A stretch of DNA of 25,307 nucleotides from a virus (IMGVR_UViG_3300020593_000066:1-25307), one strand, 5' to 3'; positions 9,536-18,970 are shown, counted from the stretch's first letter. The notes: generated by a model not told the origin, from the letters alone. Translations and numbers: made by a program.

Positions 9536-9730
9536 CTACTCTTTGGTGCGATCCGCAGCCTGTGAGGCGTTCCGACCTGCCTCTATAGTCTTCAATCGCT
9601 CGTATTCTTCAATCGCCATCACCACGACGACTTGCCGCCCATGCTTGGCCACGGCCACCGGTTCAGCTCGGGCGAGATCAATCAGCCGGCCAAAGCCGTA
9701 CTTCGCGTCTTTCGCGCTCAGGGTCTGCAT
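9536..9730 (-). CDS. Phd/YefM-family antitoxin-like DNA-binding protein (no adjacent toxin)
   Basis: 64 aa MQTLSAKDAKYGFGRLIDLARAEPVAVAKHGRQVVVVMAIEEYERL. GGAG RBS upstream; ends 12 nt before hsdM. Confidence 0.88.
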   Translation of the reverse strand: MQTLSAKDAKYGFGRLIDLARAEPVAVAKHGRQVVVVMAIEEYERLKTIEAGRNASQAADRTKE

Positions 9731-9744
9731 CTCACTCTCCGCCC

Positions 9745-9786
9745 TTGGCCTTGTGTATTTTTGGCCAATTTGGCCCAATGAAGCAA
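9745..9786 (-). promoter_or_regulatory. Putative promoter/operator of the phd-hsd operon
   Basis: TTGGCC at 9745, 9761 and 9770, including the inverted repeat GGCCAA-T-TTGGCC (9763-9775). Minus-strand TTGCTT (-35-like) and AAAAAT (-10-like) bracket the IR. Confidence 0.5.
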
Positions 9787-9822
9787 TAGGAGTTGCTGCC
9801 CGGGATGTCGGAAGTCAGGAGG

Positions 9823-10212
9823 TCAGGTGTGACGGAAGGCGCTTGTCTGTTCGCTCCAGCTGGGCGGAAGCGGCTCGAGACATTGCGACAGCGTCACCTC
9901 CGGGCCCTGCTTCCCGTCCAGGATCGCCTCGACGATGTCGGGCGCGAGCAGCGTGAGCCGCAGAACGCGGGTCATGTAGGAGGGCGCGATGCCCTCGCGC
10001 TCGGCCAGTTCGGCGATGGTGGCGTATTCGCCCGAATCGAGCATCCGCTTCCATCGGAACGCACGGGCCAACGCCTTGACCAGCGTGCTGTCAGTCCGCT
10101 GCGATTGCGTGGCGCCCTCGGGCATCTGCATCTCCTTGCGCCCGCCGCGCTTCACGACCCGGAACGGCACGTGCAACGTTACGGTGTCAGGTATCGGCGC
10201 CCCGCGTGTCAT
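9823..10212 (-). CDS. Recombinase-associated HTH-containing protein
   Basis: 129 aa with ATGA overlap on the recombinase stop. Helix-turn-helix-like segment TIAELAEREGIAPSYMTRVLRL, then LAPDIVEAILDG. Confidence 0.8.
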   Translation of the reverse strand: MTRGAPIPDTVTLHVPFRVVKRGGRKEMQMPEGATQSQRTDSTLVKALARAFRWKRMLDSGEYATIAELAEREGIAPSYMTRVLRLTLLAPDIVEAILDGKQGPEVTLSQCLEPLPPSWSEQTSAFRHT

Positions 10213-11530
10213 GCTGCGGCCTCGATATCGCCGGCCAGCATCTCGCGCACGAGGCCGCTAAGGCCATCGACGCGCAGCCGTACGTTGAGTCCGTCCGCGC
10301 CGATATCCACGCGCTCGACCAGCAGCGCCACGATTCGCGCCTGTTCGGCAGGGAAGAGCTCGTCCCACAGCGGATCGATCTGCTGCAGCGCCGCGCGGGC
10401 GTCGACTTCGGTGACGTTGTCGGCATGGGCGCGCGCCGCCTTCCACGTCCCGGCCACGATCTCGGGCTGACGGAACACGGCGCGCAATTGATCGATGACG
10501 GCCGCCTCGATCTCGCCCGCGGGTACGCGGCCGACTGGGCATGTCCCGGCGCCATGCTTCAGGACAGTCTGGCTGACGTAATAGCGGTAGAGCCTGCCGC
10601 CCTTGCGCGTGTGGCTGGGCGAGAAGGCCGCGCCGTCCGGTCCATAGAGCAGTCCCTTCAGCAATGCCGGCGTCTCGGCCCGGGTTCGCGCCGCGCGCTT
10701 GCGGGGGCTTTCCTGCAGGATGGCATGGACGCGGTCCCACGTCTCGCGGTCGATGATCGCGTCGTGCTCGCCGGGGTAGCTCTCGCCCTTGTGGACCGCC
10801 TCGCCGATATAGGCGCGGTTGTTGAGCATGCGGTAGAGGAACTTCTTGTCGATTCGGTTGCCGTGCGGCGTCCGGATTCTGCGCTTCGCGACCTCTCGCG
10901 CCAGTTCCGTGCCCGAGCCGATTTCCAGAAACCGCGCGAAGATCCAGCGGACGTGCGCGGCACGCTCGTCGTCGATCACCAGCTTGCGGTTCTCCACGCG
11001 GTAGCCGTAGGGCGGCACCCCGCCCATCCACATGCCCTTCTTTCGGCTGGCGGCGACCTTGTCGCGGATGCGCTCGGCCGTCACCTCGCGCTCGAACTGG
11101 GCGAACGAGAGCAGGATGTTCAGCGTCAGCCGCCCCATCGACGTGGTGGTGTTGAACGACTGCGTCACCGAGACGAAGGTCACGCCGTTGCGGTCGAACA
11201 CCTCGACCAGCTTGGCGAAGTCGGCGAGCGAGCGCGACAGGCGGTCGATCTTATAGACCACGACGACATCGACCAGCCCGTCCTCGATGTCCTCCAGCAG
11301 CAGCTGAAGGCCGGGGCGGTCCAGCGTCCCGCCAGAGATGCCGCCGTCATCATATTGATCGCGGACGAGCACCCAGCCCTCGGACCGCTGGCTGGCGATG
11401 AACGCCTCGCAGGCTTCGCGCTGGGCGTGGAGCGAGTTGAACTCTTGCTCCAGCCCTTCCTCGGAGGATTTCCGAGTGTAGACAGCACACCGCAGCTTGC
11501 GGACGACCTTCGATTTATCCCGCGGCTTCG

Positions 11531-11534
<4 letters not shown>
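10209..11534 (-). CDS. Large serine recombinase (integrase)
   Basis: 441 aa from a GTG at 11534 that overlaps the DUF2924 stop. Catalytic YTRKS and DRLSRS motifs, FAQFERE helix, recombinase domain PPYGY...YIG...H-x-AII. Confidence 0.93.
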
Positions 11535-11982
<448 letters not shown>

Positions 11983-11986
<4 letters not shown>

Positions 11987-12186
11987 GCATCTCTCCGGTG
12001 AGTTGGAGTTGCATGAGGGCATTGGTCGCTGGACAAGTGTAGGCAACTTTCTCCGGTATCGTCAGATACTTCGCCACTTTCCCGCATCCGCAGCCGGACC
12101 AGCCCGAGCGCCAGCAGACCGCAGAGCTCGGTGCGGCGCTCGGCGGGCGTCATCAGGTCGGGCGGCAGCGGATTGGGGCGTTTCAT
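11983..12186 (-). CDS. Small hypothetical protein
   Basis: 67 aa with ATGA overlaps to both neighbours. Confidence 0.75.
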
Positions 12187-13865
12187 GCGGCCGACCGCTC
12201 CGCCCGGCCAAGAACGGCGGCGGTGATCGCCCCACGGTTCCAGCGGAAGTTCAGGTGGCAGTTGGCTGCATATTTCGACAGGCTGAAATCCAGCCCGTTG
12301 GCCTCGTGCCCCGCGCGCTGCAGCAGCGCCATCTGTTTCATCGTGGCGGGGTCGTTCAGCCAGCGGCGGCTCTTGATCGAGGCGGTCCCCGTCTCAGTGG
12401 CGCGCAGGAAATCGTCGGCGGCGGCGAGCGCCTGCACCCGGGTGCCGATGGCAAGCGGCCGGATCGCCCTGCCTTTCGGCTGTCCGAGCGCGTGCCAGAG
12501 CGCGCCATCGTGGAACACGCCGGCCCAGCCATTGAACCCGCTCGCCATCATCGCCTGGCCGTCGCCATCCAGGTCGCACCAGGCGAATGGCGACCGTTCC
12601 AGCAGGTCGATCTCCATCATGTCGAAGGCGGTCAGCAGCCGGGCCTCGCCACGCTCGCGCGTGAAGACATGTCCGCAGAAATCACAGACCGATGCTCCAA
12701 GCGGCAATTCGGCCTCACAGGTCGGGCAGAGTTTCCACGGGGCCTGGCCGGGCTCGGGATCGTCCCCGTCGAGGTCGATCTCCTGTTCGAGCGACCCGTG
12801 CCGGAGCGCCGCGCCCGCGAAGTCGAGCACGATGCAGTCGGTCTTCACGACGCCCGGGAAACGCGCGGGATCGACACGGCGCAGGCCGCGCCCCACCGCC
12901 TGGATGAAGGTGCCCTTGTGCAGCATGGGTCGCAGGATGCCGATGCAGCCAACCGGCTGGCTGTCGAAACCTTCGGTCAGGACCATGCAGTTCGTCAGCA
13001 CCTGCACCTCGCCCCGGTCGAACCGGGCGATAAGATCGGCGCGCACCCGCGAGGGCATGTCGCCCGAGATCGTCTCGGCCGTGACGCCGGCGGCGCGGAA
13101 GGCTTCTGCCACCGCATCGGCATGGCCGACCGTGGCGCAGAAAAAGATGCTGCGCCGGTCCGCCGCCTTCGTCTGCCAGTGCTCGACGACCGCCTCGTTC
13201 AGCACCGAGCGGTTCAGCACCTTGTCGGCGGCGCGCATGTCGTAATCGCCCGCAGTGGCCTCCAGCCCGGCCAGTTCGTCCTCGACGCCGAGATCGATGG
13301 TATAGGTGCGCGGCGGCACCAGGAGACCGCGCCCGATCAGGGTGCCGATCTTCAGGTGATAGCCGACATTGCTGAAGGTGCGGCGCAGGCTGCGCCCGTC
13401 GCCACGACCCGGCGTGGCCGAAAGCCCGAGCAGCCTGATCTCGGGGTTGAGTTCCCGTGCGGCGTCGATAACAGCCTGATAGCTCTGCGCGGCCGAACGG
13501 TGGCATTCGTCGATGACGAGATGCGAGACCGGCGCCATGCGTTCGCGCCGGTTGGCGCGGGCGAGCGTCTGGACGCTGCCGAAGACGATGCGGCCGCCCC
13601 AATCGTCCTGCTCGGCCTTGACCACCGAGGTGGTCATTCCGGTCACGGCCCCGATGGAGGTCCGGTTCTGATCGATCAACTCGTCCGTGTGCTGCAGAAC
13701 CAGGACGCGGTCGTGTCGCCGGTGTTCCAGTTCCTCACCGATGTAGAAACCGGCGATGGCGGTCTTGCCCGCCCCGGTCGGCAGGACCAGCATGGTATTG
13801 CCGTGGGTGGCGGTGCGGTCGCGGGCGGCATCGACTGCCGCCCTCTGATAATCGCGTGGAATCAT
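12183..13865 (-). CDS. SF2 DEAD/DEAH-box helicase (RadD/SSL2-like) with zinc ribbon
   Basis: 560 aa with LPTGAGKT, IDECH, LSATP, LTEGFD, QAVGRGLR and CPTC...CDFC. Confidence 0.93.
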   Translation of the reverse strand: MIPRDYQRAAVDAARDRTATHGNTMLVLPTGAGKTAIAGFYIGEELEHRRHDRVLVLQHTDELIDQNRTSIGAVTGMTTSVVKAEQDDWGGRIVFGSVQTLARANRRERMAPVSHLVIDECHRSAAQSYQAVIDAARELNPEIRLLGLSATPGRGDGRSLRRTFSNVGYHLKIGTLIGRGLLVPPRTYTIDLGVEDELAGLEATAGDYDMRAADKVLNRSVLNEAVVEHWQTKAADRRSIFFCATVGHADAVAEAFRAAGVTAETISGDMPSRVRADLIARFDRGEVQVLTNCMVLTEGFDSQPVGCIGILRPMLHKGTFIQAVGRGLRRVDPARFPGVVKTDCIVLDFAGAALRHGSLEQEIDLDGDDPEPGQAPWKLCPTCEAELPLGASVCDFCGHVFTRERGEARLLTAFDMMEIDLLERSPFAWCDLDGDGQAMMASGFNGWAGVFHDGALWHALGQPKGRAIRPLAIGTRVQALAAADDFLRATETGTASIKSRRWLNDPATMKQMALLQRAGHEANGLDFSLSKYAANCHLNFRWNRGAITAAVLGRAERSAA

Positions 13866-13879
13866 GACCGTCCCCCCCC

Positions 13880-14515
13880 TCAGCGTGCCCAGAAGGGCGC
13901 GGAGCCGGAGGACGGCGCGCCCGACTGGCCCATGCCGGTGTTCGACAGATGGGCGCCCGTCGCGGTGAACTGACCCTGTTGCGGCGGCTGCGGCACGCTG
14001 CCCATCAGGCGCGCATATTCGGCATGGTCGGCGCCGATGGCCGCCTTGATGACGTTGCGGCCGCTGTCCTCGGGCTTGTCCTTGTCGCGCTCGATGCCGA
14101 TGCGGGCCACGAACTCGAGCCCGCTCAACTCGCCGAGGCTGCGGATCATCCGCGCCGCACGAGCGGCGTTCGACTGGTCGTCGGCGCGCACGCCCCGGGC
14201 GGATTCGAGGATGCCGCGGATCATCGCGCGACCGCGATTGCCGTAGGTGTCGTCACCCGGGTCGCCCGCAGCCTTTCCCCGAAAGCCGATGCGGGTGTAG
14301 ATGCGACGCCGCGCGAAGGGCCCCTCCATGATCACCGCTTCGGTGTTGAGGTAGAGCGCCGGGCTGGTCTTGCTCTGGGTGAGCCAGCCCTCGGGCCCCG
14401 CGCCACCGGGGCGGATGGTCAGGCAGACCTTGGCCAGCGTGTTGGCCGGGATGAGGTCGAAAGCGGCGTCCTGCGTGTCCGCGCCGTTGAAATCCATGTC
14501 GCTCGCCATGGTCAT
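13880..14515 (-). CDS. Phage protein, probable single-stranded DNA-binding protein
   Basis: About 211 aa, ATGA-coupled to the upstream ATPase (alternative start 14509). Begins MDFNGADTQ...FDLIP and ends in a low-complexity tail with an aromatic terminus (PFWAR). SSB role inferred from position after the Sak4-like gene. Confidence 0.7.
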   Translation of the reverse strand: MTMASDMDFNGADTQDAAFDLIPANTLAKVCLTIRPGGAGPEGWLTQSKTSPALYLNTEAVIMEGPFARRRIYTRIGFRGKAAGDPGDDTYGNRGRAMIRGILESARGVRADDQSNAARAARMIRSLGELSGLEFVARIGIERDKDKPEDSGRNVIKAAIGADHAEYARLMGSVPQPPQQGQFTATGAHLSNTGMGQSGAPSSGSAPFWAR

Positions 14516-15408
14516 GCTCCTTGCGTCGTCGAGGGGTTGGGTGCGGTGGCGGCCGCGGGCAAATCGAAGTTCAGGCGAGCTGCGCCATCGGGGCGCGGAC
14601 CGCGGATCTTCGTCATGAGCCGCCCGAGATGGGCGGGCTCGATCATCGACAGCCGCCCGCTGCGGTCCTTGGCCGGCAGGCCGAAATCGTTGATGGTGGT
14701 GCAGATGAAGGCGCGGAACGCCTCGCCCTTCTCGGGGCGTAACTCGGTCAGGGTGATGACCTCGTCGACGATGCCGGGCAGTTCGATCCCGGTCTTCGAG
14801 CCCTCGATCTGCATCGAGAAGAAGGGCTTGCCGAAATCGTCCAGCTTGCGGTCCAGCAGCCCGACCAGCCAGATGTTCTTGGCGGGCGTGTGCTGCAGAT
14901 GCGTGAGCCAGCCGATCATCTCCTGGCCGAGCAACCCGTAGGTCGCGCGGAGATCCGGCTTGCCGGTGCGGTCGGATTGGGCTTGGGATTGACCCTTGCA
15001 CCACTGAAGGCAAATGCGAGAGGCGACGGAGATGCTGTCGACGAAGACGGTGTCGTATTTGTCGAGCTGGGTGGCGGGGCCGAAGGCGGCGCAAACCCGT
15101 GCGAAGTGCCCGGGCGCATAGGACTGGTCGTCCCGCATCGCCGGGTTGGCGCCGCCGATCCAGGCCGCGAGATCGCGGGCGACCTCCCAATCGCGGATGC
15201 GGATCTCGTCGCCGGGCCAGCCCTGAACGGCCAGCTCGCCCGCCTCGAGGTTCAGGAAGAGCGTGCGCTGCGGATCAAGGGTCAGCAGCTGCGTGGTCTT
15301 GCCGATGCCGGAGGTGCCCGTGAGCACCCCCTTGATGCCGCGCGCCTCGCGCAGGCGTTCGTCGGCCGTGATGATGCGGAGCGGCCCGCCGCCGAAGGGG
15401 GCGCTCAC
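14512..15408 (-). CDS. AAA_24/Sak4-like P-loop ATPase (phage single-strand annealing protein)
   Basis: 298 aa with Walker A GTSGIGKT, Walker B VFVDS and a C-terminal PAKDRSG. Confidence 0.85.
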   Translation of the reverse strand: MSAPFGGGPLRIITADERLREARGIKGVLTGTSGIGKTTQLLTLDPQRTLFLNLEAGELAVQGWPGDEIRIRDWEVARDLAAWIGGANPAMRDDQSYAPGHFARVCAAFGPATQLDKYDTVFVDSISVASRICLQWCKGQSQAQSDRTGKPDLRATYGLLGQEMIGWLTHLQHTPAKNIWLVGLLDRKLDDFGKPFFSMQIEGSKTGIELPGIVDEVITLTELRPEKGEAFRAFICTTINDFGLPAKDRSGRLSMIEPAHLGRLMTKIRGPRPDGAARLNFDLPAAATAPNPSTTQGA

Positions 15409-15698
15409 TTGCGGCCCTCCAGATCCCGCACAGCGGCCGAAATGGCGATGTCCGCACCACAGGCGCCCTGGCGGCGCGCCATCTTCAACACGTCGCCAAG
15501 CGCGCTCGTCAGCCGGTAGAGCTCGGATTGCTGCCGCGCCAGAGCGACAAGCGCGAACTCGATGTCGTCCACAGTGGCGCGCTCGATCGGCACCGCGCGG
15601 TTCGCCCTCTCAGACAGGGCCGGAACGTTGATCGTGTCGGGGATCGCCTCCATCCAGCTCGACTGGCGCAGGCGTTTCAGGGGGGAAGTCGTGAACAT
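15405..15698 (-). CDS. Hypothetical protein, first gene of the leftward early operon
   Basis: 97 aa with a GGAG RBS upstream and a GTGA overlap with the ATPase start. Confidence 0.75.
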   Translation of the reverse strand: MFTTSPLKRLRQSSWMEAIPDTINVPALSERANRAVPIERATVDDIEFALVALARQQSELYRLTSALGDVLKMARRQGACGADIAISAAVRDLEGRK

Positions 15699-15752
15699 GG
15701 TGATGCTCCGTGTTTTCGTCGGTTGGTGTCCAGGGATCGTCGGGAAGACTGC

Positions 15753-15834
15753 TGCCGGGCCTGACGCCGCCCTGGAGCTTGCGGTCGGAGTGTTTCCCCG
15801 CGTGGGGGTGTTGCATTCCTCCGAGGGCCCGGCA
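15753..15834 (-). ncRNA. Candidate structured leader/antisense RNA (three-way junction)
   Basis: 9-bp closing stem (15753-15761/15826-15834), 6-bp stem (15785-15790/15819-15824) capped by a 4-bp C/G hairpin, and a 4-bp stem (15767-15770/15781-15784) with the loop AAGCUCCAGG. Confidence 0.55.
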
Positions 15835-15870
15835 TGAAACTGGCGGGCCGGGTTATCGCCGGTCCTGTTG

Positions 15871-15901
15871 TCACCTACCGGCGAGCCTCCGAGACTGTCG
15901 G
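15871..15901 (-). promoter_or_regulatory. Putative alternative-sigma promoter, copy 1 (leftward operon)
   Basis: Minus strand reads CCGACAGTC-TCGGAGGCTC-GCCGGTAGGTGA, with the same boxes and spacing as 19069-19099. Confidence 0.65.
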
Positions 15902-16486
15902 GGCGGTGCCGAGATATGCCGCGAGATCAAGCGCCTCGGCCGCCTTCCGGATGGTGGCGAGCCGCGCGTAGACGGTGCTCCTATGGATCCCGAGGGCTTC
16001 GGCCGCTTCCGTCGGCGACATGTCGATCAGCGCCAGCGCGAGGGCGCGGCAGGTCGGGGTCAGGCCAGCAAGGAGCCGCTGGACGTCCCGGACCAGCCCG
16101 AACGCCTCGTCTGGTGCGCGTGTGACGGCGGCATGCGGCATCACGCTGTCGGGCAGCGTTTCCGCGAGCGGCAGCATCTCGTCATCACCGCGCCCCTCGG
16201 CGGGACTGTCGAAGTCGATCCAAGTCCGCTCGGCCCGCAGCCGTTCGGTCGGCGCGGCCAGCGTGGCGATGCGGTTCGCCAGAACGCGGTCGGCGAAGGT
16301 GTCGTACTGACCGCGGGAAGGATCGAACTTCCCGTCCCGGCGATAGAGGTGCAGCCGCAGGTCCTGCTTGATGTCCTCGGCGTCCATTCCGGGGACGGAG
16401 CCCGAGCGGGCCAGCCGTTCGGCGCGAATGGTGATGTTACGGGAGACGCGCGAGTGCGCGTCGCAAATGAGGTGGAAACGCTCCAT
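15875..16486 (-). CDS. ECF-like sigma-70 family factor
   Basis: 203 aa with region 2-like DAEDIKQDLRLHLY...FDPSRGQYDTFADRVLANRI and region 4-like LTPTCR...SPTEAAEALGIHRSTVYARLATIRK. Confidence 0.8.
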   Translation of the reverse strand: MERFHLICDAHSRVSRNITIRAERLARSGSVPGMDAEDIKQDLRLHLYRRDGKFDPSRGQYDTFADRVLANRIATLAAPTERLRAERTWIDFDSPAEGRGDDEMLPLAETLPDSVMPHAAVTRAPDEAFGLVRDVQRLLAGLTPTCRALALALIDMSPTEAAEALGIHRSTVYARLATIRKAAEALDLAAYLGTAPTVSEARR

Positions 16487-16580
16487 GAAGTTTCGCCTTC
16501 GTCCAGGTGGACGGGCACGCGGCCCGAGTGCCTGGCACCGGCGAAAATTCGTTGGAGGGCCTCGAAATCAGGGGGATCGG

Positions 16581-16621
16581 AAAACGAAAAACCCCACGAA
16601 ACCTTGCGGCTTCATGGGGTT
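16581..16621 (-). terminator. Intrinsic terminator between the 385-aa gene and the sigma gene
   Basis: Minus strand reads AACCCCAUGAAGCC-GCAA-GGUUUCGUGGGGUU-UUUCGUUUU. The GNRA loop and G-U pairs work only on this strand. Confidence 0.8.
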
Positions 16622-16650
16622 GGGTGGGATGGAAAAAAGTTCGGAAAGGG

Positions 16651-17808
16651 TCAGTCGTCGTCGACGAAATTTCGGTCGCGCTGGTCAGCGCGACCCTGAC
16701 GCAGCGCACTTGCATCGACAAGGAAGCGTGCCGCGTAACAATCGTCCTCGGCCGTGAACGGATCGTCGACGATCCCGAACTGCGCCCTCAGCGCGGCGGC
16801 GAGAAGCTGGCGCTGCCGATCGTAACCGCGCTCAAACTCCCCCAGGATTGCGACCACGTCGCGCGAAGGACGACGTCCCTTGATGGTGGAGATCGGAAAG
16901 GACCGAGGCAATGCCCCGCCAAGCGCGGCACAAGCAAGGAGCAGCCGCCACTGGCGGTTCGGCCTGCCGTTCCGCTCATCCCGCATGCCGATCTGGTCCG
17001 GTTCAAGGCGCGCCGGAGCCTGCCCAAGATAGCTGACGTTGAGCACGGCCTCCTCGCGAAACGCGAAGCGCAGATCGGACCAGCGGGCATTTGCAGGCAG
17101 AGTCATCACCGGACGCCGGACGACGTCACCTGCGTCCGTCAGCGCCGCGATCTCGGGCGCGAAGAGATCGACAAGTGGCATGGCAGCGACGAATCCCTTG
17201 CGCGGTGGGGGGGCGAAGTCGAGGCATTCGGCCCACGTCAGAACACGCCCTCGCCGGGCCGCAAGAAAGGCCGGAACGTCCGGGTCAATCGCGCCGAGCG
17301 ATGTCACCAGCAGGACGAATGGCAGATTGCGACGATCGAGGTCGAGGACGTCTGCCCGGCCGAGCGGCGCGCCCGGGCTTGTGAGCGCAGCGAACACCGG
17401 AAAACTCCGGCCGGCGGCAATGGCATGATCGCCGATGTGCAGAAGGACCGCCCCGCGCGAAGGCGCGGTGGGAACGACAAGGCCAAGCGCCGTGGCAATG
17501 TCGGCGAACAGCCTGCGGCGGTCGAGTTCACGGATGCGGATATCGTCGGGATTGATGTCGAGGGTTTCGCAGAGTCGCCCCGGATCGCTGCAGACGGCAC
17601 GGACCAAGCCGCCGGCATGCCGCACGACGTGGCGCGGGCAATGCTCCCCGCCGGGCCAGGGACAGTCGATACGTTCTGCGTACTTGGAGGTTTCCGGAAG
17701 GTAGCGTTCGACCAGGGTCCAGCAATCGATCAAGTCGACCTTCCAGTCGAGCGTGTCGGTCGCATGACCGGGGACGCGCTCAATCGTCCTCCAGAACGCC
17801 GACGTCAT
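16651..17808 (-). CDS. Hypothetical protein with N-terminal four-Cys motif and possible C-terminal winged-helix DNA-binding domain
   Basis: 385-388 aa (ATG at 17808 or 17817), overlapping the upstream gene end. Contains CPWPGGEHC...AVCSDPGRLC. The C-terminus QWRLLLACAA...LAAALRAQFGIVDDPF...YAARF is reminiscent of wHTH effector domains (inference). Confidence 0.75.
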   Translation of the reverse strand: MTSAFWRTIERVPGHATDTLDWKVDLIDCWTLVERYLPETSKYAERIDCPWPGGEHCPRHVVRHAGGLVRAVCSDPGRLCETLDINPDDIRIRELDRRRLFADIATALGLVVPTAPSRGAVLLHIGDHAIAAGRSFPVFAALTSPGAPLGRADVLDLDRRNLPFVLLVTSLGAIDPDVPAFLAARRGRVLTWAECLDFAPPPRKGFVAAMPLVDLFAPEIAALTDAGDVVRRPVMTLPANARWSDLRFAFREEAVLNVSYLGQAPARLEPDQIGMRDERNGRPNRQWRLLLACAALGGALPRSFPISTIKGRRPSRDVVAILGEFERGYDRQRQLLAAALRAQFGIVDDPFTAEDDCYAARFLVDASALRQGRADQRDRNFVDDD

Positions 17809-18970
17809 CGTCCTCATCTCCGACGTTGGGGCGGCAGAAGCCCTGATCCTTGAGCCAGCGGTCGATCAGATCGCTGTCGGCATCACGGTCGTAGCGTGCG
17901 AGGCTCGGCGGGAGAATGGCAACCGTCCGCTCCTTGCCGTCTCCATCGAACTTGACCTTGAAAACGGCCCGGTCGATGGAACCGCCCGCAAGGCGCCGCT
18001 CCCAATTGTCGTCCCAGGCCATGAAGAGGTCGTTCGCCTTGCGCACCTCCTTCTCCTTGGCCTTTCCGCCCCAGAAGCGTTCGATTTCGATCAGGCGCAC
18101 CTTGACGATCTCGGAGACAGTGTCGTTGTCGAGCGATTTCTCGCCCTTCTCCAGCAGCGGATCGAGGGTGAAGCGGTTCGAGCGATCGAAGTATTCCTCG
18201 TCCCCGAAGATGACCCCGCCGAACGTCCGCAGGTAGAGCTCGGTTTCGCCTTTCGTCCCTGCATTGACGGCAAGTTCGTCAGACTCGCCGTCATAGATGA
18301 CGACGTCGTGCTTCTGCGGTCGGTAGTAGGCGATTCCCGATCCGCCATCATCCTGATGTCGCCCCTCGCGCCGCATCGGTTCGCCATGCCGGACCATGAA
18401 CCATGTCTTCGTGCCGCGCGGAAAAGCGAATACCCGTGAGCCCTTGCCACGGCGCTTGCGGTCGAACCACTCGTCCATCCGCTCCTGCATGATCGCGGTC
18501 TGTTCGACGGTCGGATCCGGAGCCGGTCGCGGCTTGCCGCTGTGGCCCGCGAAGTAGATGAAACGCGAACGTGTGAATGCCACGGTCTCGGCATGCTGAC
18601 GTCGCAGCAGATCAGGTTTCTGGAGCCAGATCTGCAGGGCGATGTCCGCATCGGATGGTTCCTCACCGGCCTCGATCGTGAGGCCAGCCCGTCCTGCCGC
18701 CTCGATCAGCTCCTCGGCGGTTTCCTTGGTCGCGGTCTCGTGCACGTAGAAAAGGGCGTCGACCATTTCGGGCGGCACGTTTTCGTCGGGCTTCATCAAC
18801 ACTGCAGCAAGATCGTCGTAGGGAAAATCCTCATCCGCTTCGACCGGAAGTTCAAAACCCCGCGCCGAAAAATATTCCGCCCACGTCGCGAAGAACTTCA
18901 GAAGGTGCTTCGGCGAAATGCTCTTGAGGCGATCAGGGTTGGTGAAGCTTCTCGGGTTGAATGACGCCAT
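17780..18970 (-). CDS. Hypothetical protein (396 aa), first gene of the regulatory cassette
   Basis: Long ORF with natural protein composition, GGAG RBS and a sigma70-like promoter upstream. I recognise no catalytic motif. Confidence 0.85.
   Translation of the reverse strand: MASFNPRSFTNPDRLKSISPKHLLKFFATWAEYFSARGFELPVEADEDFPYDDLAAVLMKPDENVPPEMVDALFYVHETATKETAEELIEAAGRAGLTIEAGEEPSDADIALQIWLQKPDLLRRQHAETVAFTRSRFIYFAGHSGKPRPAPDPTVEQTAIMQERMDEWFDRKRRGKGSRVFAFPRGTKTWFMVRHGEPMRREGRHQDDGGSGIAYYRPQKHDVVIYDGESDELAVNAGTKGETELYLRTFGGVIFGDEEYFDRSNRFTLDPLLEKGEKSLDNDTVSEIVKVRLIEIERFWGGKAKEKEVRKANDLFMAWDDNWERRLAGGSIDRAVFKVKFDGDGKERTVAILPPSLARYDRDADSDLIDRWLKDQGFCRPNVGDEDDDVGVLEDD

Noticed and set aside
9793-10470. 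A toxin partner for the Phd-like gene among nearby ORFs
   Set aside because: No neighbouring ORF shows Doc/Fic, RelE/ParE or PIN motifs. The 129-aa gene is coupled to the recombinase instead.
15785-15824. c-di-GMP-I or other known riboswitch
   Set aside because: Only superficial GCAA/GGGA similarity. The consensus GCAAACC...GGGACGC and tetraloop-receptor arrangement are absent. An Rfam search is still needed.
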